Source: Antechinus flavipes (lineage: Eukaryota). Taken from it: DNA of 64,000 nucleotides. The number at the start of each line of letters is the position of its first letter. The first letter of the stretch is position 1. The notes under the pieces are model-generated. The model searched no databases, was not told where the DNA came from, and saw only the letters and a list, made by a program, of their open reading frames with translations. A program made the translations under genes and the position numbers. Shown here in pieces: positions 61,501 to 64,000 of the stretch. The stretch is taken from the NCBI RefSeq assembly GCF_016432865.1, contig NC_067398.1, positions 341,124,001-341,188,000 of the forward strand, read 5' to 3'.

Positions 61501-63362
61501 GACGGGAGGATTCTGAAATAATTCAGAACTGGTTATCCCGGTTTCAGGAGTTTTGCTGAGGCCTTTTTAGATGGCTTGGTTATGTGAGGGAAACTTTTTT
61601 TTTGAGTTTGGAAAACCTGAATTTTCATCATGGTAGGCAGATGGGTCAGGGATTTCTCATGTCTTCCTCCAACCCCAGGTGTCTTAGTCAGATTCACAGC
61701 CTCCAGCCCTTTCGCATGGTCTGCCCATTCCAGAATGAGCTACATGTGGACATTGCCACAGCCCTGAAGGTAGACGTGACCCCTGGATTTCTCTCCTCTC
61801 TTCTCCCATCTTCTTCTTATTCTTTCCCTCTCTTATATCCCCCACTCCCACCGGAGTCCCTGCTCCTACTGTGTCTCAGCTCCTCCCAGCCTCCTAAGGG
61901 TCCCAGGGGTCTTCCCCTCTCTCTGTGGAGCTGGACCACCTGAATCGGGGCCAGTGGGTCCTGCATATCTAGCTCAGTTTCCCAGATCCTCCATTTCTCT
62001 CTGTATGTCTGCTATTTCTCAGGAGGTGTTTTAGCCCAGCCCCTCCAGCCTCATTCATGGTTCATTATACACTCAGTACTACAACACGATTTTCACACTT
62101 GGGACAATTAGCAAAATTCAGATCTCAGGGCAAGCAGCATGAAACCACCTTCAGCTTGAAAACTGTAATTCCTGATGTGATAAAAATAAGTCAGGAGTTA
62201 TTAAATTCAGTTGAGTGGGAGGAAAAATTCCTGTAGTGGCTTCTGTTTTGTCAGAGGAGCACATGGAGCATTTTTGCCAGCCCTCCAGATTGGTGTCCTG
62301 AGACAAAGCTCCTGTAACTCTGCTCTAGTTCTGTACACACAGCTTTCTTAAGATAATGAGGGATAGGAGTTTTTCCCACAAGCCTCTCATCCCCCACGCG
62401 CACACTCTTGAAGTCTATTGAGCGGAGTCTAGACACTCTAAATGATACCTATGTACTTTGTCACTTTTGAAGCTACATCCTGGTTTCTTTTTTCAGAAAG
62501 GAACTCAGGACTGGTACGAAAGACTCCAGAGAAGCTGGAGCCCCCTGGGAAAGGTAGAGCTCCCAGTTTGGGGCCTGAGTTCTCAAAGACGAGACCCAAG
62601 GGCCATGGGTTGTGTTGTTCTGCATGGGTTTGTGAGAGTGTGTGCTCATAAATGCAAGTGGACATATTTCTGCAATATCTGGGCGGGCGGGTGGGTGTCC
62701 TGGGCTCCTCAAGGGCAATGAGAATGACCTCTTACTGCAGCCTGGGCTAGAATGTCTCCCCGGACTTATCAGCCTGGCAGATGCCGTGTACGATGACTTA
62801 CAGGCCAGCCACAGCGTCTATGGGAAGCTTTTTGTCAGGTGAGGAAGGAGAGAGGGTGGGATGGGAGGGAGGAGGCAGAGGGAGCCAGAGAGAGGGAACA
62901 AGCAGAGAGGGAACACACACACACCCCAAGGACCCTCCCTCACAATGGAACCCTGAGAACTTGGATGATGTGCCATCTAAATGTGAGGCGGTCCTCCCCG
63001 TCACAGGAGGGGGGAGATGGCAGACGGTCTCTAAGACTAATTCCGTGATTTACAAGGTCTCGACAGCGAGTTGCGGCAGAACTAGCCCAGAAATGTTGGG
63101 GTCCCTGCGCTGCTGAGGCCGGGGGGTCCCAGGGAGTTGATCCCCGGAGGACGGGGGGGATAGGAGTCTCTTTAGTTGTGTCTCCTCGTGAGGAAGGCCG
63201 GGACGCAGTGCCAGTTTTGCCACCCCTCAGGCGGGCTCCCCGCAGGCTGAGGAGGAGACTGGCCAGGCTCCTTCCTCCTGCCTCAGCCAGATCCATCCTT
63301 GCTCCCCCAGCATTGTGAAGGTTGATTTGTTCGGCATCACCTACCGGCAGCTGGAGAAGCTG
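37369..63362 (+). CDS. BAIAP3: BAIAP3 (BAI1-associated protein 3), 5' part: 19 coding exons, 1851 nt = 617 codons, 3'-incomplete in this window
   Basis: The spliced translation starts MSTLLDIKSSVLRQVQ and contains KNLLAKDANGFSDPYCMLGIL, QLHLDIWDHDDDVS, YFKQIVKSARANG and LEPRSSSSRVQGDCHL. These match my recollection of human BAIAP3. All introns are GT-AG and all exon phases are compatible. Confidence 0.96.
37915..38890 (-). mobile_element. L1 3' end in BAIAP3 intron 2
   Basis: 3'UTR motifs and an ORF2-tail-like translation (LMGLYLKEIIKNGKGPTYTKIAIAFFFVEAKNWK). Confidence 0.8.
38634..38820 (+). mobile_element. WSINE1-like SINE nested in an L1
   Basis: SINE body with long poly-A; TSD caaagagtaag (38623-38633, 38821-38831). 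Confidence 0.85.
42362..42507. other. Assembly gap (146 N)
   Basis: Run of N. Confidence 1.
42967..43054 (+). CDS. BAIAP3: BAIAP3 exon 3: EEGDEGDFFSKMKLILKKKETRQRLGRLE
   Basis: Acceptor tcatcctccag, donor GAG|gtgagg, 88 nt. Aligns to human KPGDGVEFFAHMRLMLKKGEGRQGLPCLE. Confidence 0.9.
43852..43938 (+). CDS. BAIAP3: BAIAP3 exon 4: GVLHSSAPPPREPLGPSHAAESLPPTKKE
   Basis: Acceptor catctttgcag, donor GAG|gtaatg, 87 nt, phase 0/0. Pro-rich, like the human exon. Confidence 0.8.
44125..44232 (+). CDS. BAIAP3: BAIAP3 exon 5: VEMLFEEALYTVCYRSGVPSPEHVASEDKLFDYLQK
   Basis: Acceptor cctcag, donor AAG|gtgagt, 108 nt. Conserved EEALYTV motif. Confidence 0.95.
44658..45297. other. Assembly gap (640 N) flanked by GA repeats
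   Basis: Run of N. Confidence 1.
45402..45743. other. Assembly gap (342 N) flanked by GA repeats
   Basis: Run of N. Confidence 1.
47460..48720 (-). mobile_element. L2 LINE body (intron 5)
   Basis: Long purine-rich decayed sequence typical of antisense L2; boundaries are approximate. Confidence 0.6.
48930..49325 (-). mobile_element. L1 3'UTR fragment
   Basis: Same 3'UTR motif as the other marsupial L1 copies. Confidence 0.8.
50797..50856 (+). CDS. BAIAP3: BAIAP3 exon 6: VFSMSSSELEAALHRVKEAK
   Basis: Acceptor ccccag, donor AAG|gtaata, 60 nt. Confidence 0.92.
51286..51352 (+). CDS. BAIAP3: BAIAP3 exon 7, C2A start: PPTYSLKVTVVRAKNLLAKDAN
   Basis: Acceptor tttctcctctcag, donor G|gtgagt, 67 nt, phase 1. 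Confidence 0.95.
51983..52196 (+). CDS. BAIAP3: BAIAP3 exon 8, C2A: GFSDPYCMLGIL...LNPVWNEHFLF
   Basis: Acceptor ccacccag, donor TT|gtaaga, 214 nt. C2 motifs SDPY and TLNPVWNE. Confidence 0.96.
52905..52949 (+). CDS. BAIAP3: BAIAP3 exon 9: EIDDAANDQLHLDIW
   Basis: Acceptor tttctctctgccag, donor TG|gtaggt, 45 nt. Confidence 0.94.
53029..53106 (+). CDS. BAIAP3: BAIAP3 exon 10: DHDDDVSVAEACKKLNEVIGFKGMGR
   Basis: Follows a 79-nt intron; donor AG|gtacct; 78 nt. C2A Ca2+-ligand aspartates are retained. Confidence 0.95.
53847..53949 (+). CDS. BAIAP3: BAIAP3 exon 11: YFKQIVKSARANGMAGASEDNADDFLGCLNIPIR
   Basis: Long pyrimidine tract ending ctacag, donor CGA|gtaagt, 103 nt. Confidence 0.96.
54030..54340 (+). 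mobile_element. CR1/L3 LINE RT fragment
   Basis: Translates to NVFVNDLAEAWIIPLSMLQENTKLGER, resembling CR1 RT NIFINDLDEG...KFADDTKLGG. Confidence 0.6.
54865..55078 (-). mobile_element. Mar1-like SINE
   Basis: ttggggttttcttggcaaagac...gccatctagctgcccc. Confidence 0.8.
55620..56180 (-). mobile_element. CR1/L3 3' fragment
   Basis: gtagaacaaaattaatccctcttccacc...ttcaaatacatgaaga is typical of antisense L3. Confidence 0.65.
56210..57480 (-). mobile_element. Three stacked L1 3'UTR fragments
   Basis: The 3'UTR motif restarts at about 56220, 56720 and 56905. Confidence 0.8.
57960..58067 (+). CDS. BAIAP3: BAIAP3 exon 12: EIPVTGLDKWFRLEPRSSSSRVQGDCHLILKLITTQ
   Basis: Acceptor ttttctgcag, donor CAG|gtagca, 108 nt. 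Confidence 0.96.
58750..58842 (+). CDS. BAIAP3: BAIAP3 exon 13: RDTSMSRRMSGFQVHGLLLSQLLQFEHGQDQ
   Basis: Acceptor ctatttcag, donor CAG|gtaggg, 93 nt. Confidence 0.92.
59648..59751 (+). CDS. BAIAP3: BAIAP3 exon 14: PEAYSWKGELSGPAVTILSHHGTQTDLSALQLAM
   Basis: Acceptor ttggcag, donor AT|gtgagt, 104 nt. Aligns to human SWRGELSTPAATIL. Confidence 0.92.
59898..60472. repeat. G-rich minisatellite, 67-68 bp unit, about 8 copies, in BAIAP3 intron 14
   Basis: Unit starts at 59898, 59966, 60034 (19-bp partial), 60053, 60120, 60188, 60256, 60324, 60391 and 60458 (partial). Confidence 0.95.
60569..60692 (+). CDS. BAIAP3: BAIAP3 exon 15: HWQASSQHHQACSLDYCYLLELLGTIQEQWGEAAAALPRDQ
   Basis: G-rich weak acceptor gcacacag, donor CAG|gtgagt, 124 nt. 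Confidence 0.92.
60986..61110 (+). CDS. BAIAP3: BAIAP3 exon 16: EESLAGSFISFVEHALLLLRQLRELFPVTNSNAIGRLEFLLR
   Basis: Acceptor cccctgcag, donor AG|gtgggc, 125 nt. Confidence 0.94.
61679..61769 (+). CDS. BAIAP3: BAIAP3 exon 17: CLSQIHSLQPFRMVCPFQNELHVDIATALK
   Basis: Acceptor aaccccag, donor AAG|gtagac, 91 nt. Confidence 0.93.
62497..62553 (+). CDS. BAIAP3: BAIAP3 exon 18: KGTQDWYERLQRSWSPLGK
   Basis: Acceptor tttcttttttcag, donor AAG|gtagag, 57 nt. Aligns to human RGNREWYDRILNAKSPREQ. Confidence 0.9.
62741..62838 (+). CDS. BAIAP3: BAIAP3 exon 19: PGLECLPGLISLADAVYDDLQASHSVYGKLFVS
   Basis: Acceptor cttactgcag, donor AG|gtgagg, 98 nt. LADAVYDDLQ motif. Confidence 0.94.
63311..63362 (+). CDS. 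BAIAP3: BAIAP3 exon 20: IVKVDLFGITYRQLEKL
   Basis: Acceptor ctcccccag, donor CTG|gtgagc, 52 nt. Aligns to human ILNVDVFTLTFRQLERL. Confidence 0.93.
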
Positions 63363-64000
63363 GTGAGCAACCCCGGGCAAGGCCTCCCTCCCAGATCCAG
63401 ACTTAGGGAGGAGGGAGAAAGGAGGGTCCTCTGCCTTCCTTCGTCCTAAGCCTGAGGAGAAAGGGGGTGAGAGGGACACTGCCTCCGTTCACTAGGAACA
63501 AGGAATCCATCTTCCAGTATGGCTGGGCCACAATAAGCATGACCCTGAAAAAGCTGCATGTAAACAACCCTATTTTAAATGTGTGAGGTGGGGGGGAAAT
63601 GATGGGCCATTTGGAAGCTTTGTTGTGATTACCAGAGTAGTATGCCGGACGCCACTTGGTTAATCTGTCTTGTAGGTGAATTCGAATTTTCATGAAGTAG
63701 GTTTGCCCACATGGCTCCATCCTGTCTCCCCCATTCTCTCTCCTCATCCTCTGCTATTTCCTCTTCTCTCTTCCTCTCTTTTTTCCTTGTCTCCTTTCCC
63801 CAGTAACTTTTCCTTCCTTTTCTTTCTTTAATCCATTTCTTCTCGCTTCCTTCCTCTTCCCTATGCCTCCCATCCCCTCTTCTCTCTCTTTTCATTCTGT
63901 TTCTTTTCCTTTCCTTTCTCTTCTATTTTCATCATTCTCCCTTCCTCTTCTGGCCTCCGCTCTCCATGGTACTGAGCTGCCTGAGGCAGCCTAAGTTGAG

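Noticed and set aside
37369-63362. UNC13D (Munc13-4) as the gene identity
   Set aside because: The N-terminus MSTLLDIKSSVLRQVQ and YFKQIVKSARANG are BAIAP3-specific, and the exon pattern fits BAIAP3.

Overview
Eukaryotic, not prokaryotic. This is marsupial genomic DNA, very likely a dasyurid such as the Tasmanian devil (inferred from WSINE1-type SINEs, Mar1/MIR, L2, CR1/L3, marsupial L1 3' ends and an OC1-type hAT MITE). The one gene I can identify is BAIAP3 (BAI1-associated protein 3, a Munc13-4-like C2/MUN protein) on the + strand. It has 19 canonical GT-AG coding exons from ATG 37369 to 63362 that splice into one uninterrupted 617-codon frame (N-terminus, C2A domain, start of the MUN region); the gene continues past the window. 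A probable promoter, non-coding first exon and CpG island lie at about 26.3-26.85 kb. The first 26 kb are mostly repeats, with several unexplained unique islands that have splice-site-flanked frames. There are three assembly gaps. I found no CRISPR array, operon or RNA gene, and I cannot show a new biological system here. The best leads are: (1) a 14-nt neural-type poison microexon in BAIAP3, (2) an orphan strong-Kozak exon at 18.2 kb that fits in frame onto BAIAP3, (3) an RFX X-box followed by a 56-aa membrane-type smORF, (4) a decayed coding-like segment at 29.2-29.7 kb, and (5) a MITE from a horizontally transferred transposon family. All five are hypotheses that need RNA-seq or alignment tests. 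Exon numbers assume one upstream non-coding exon 1.
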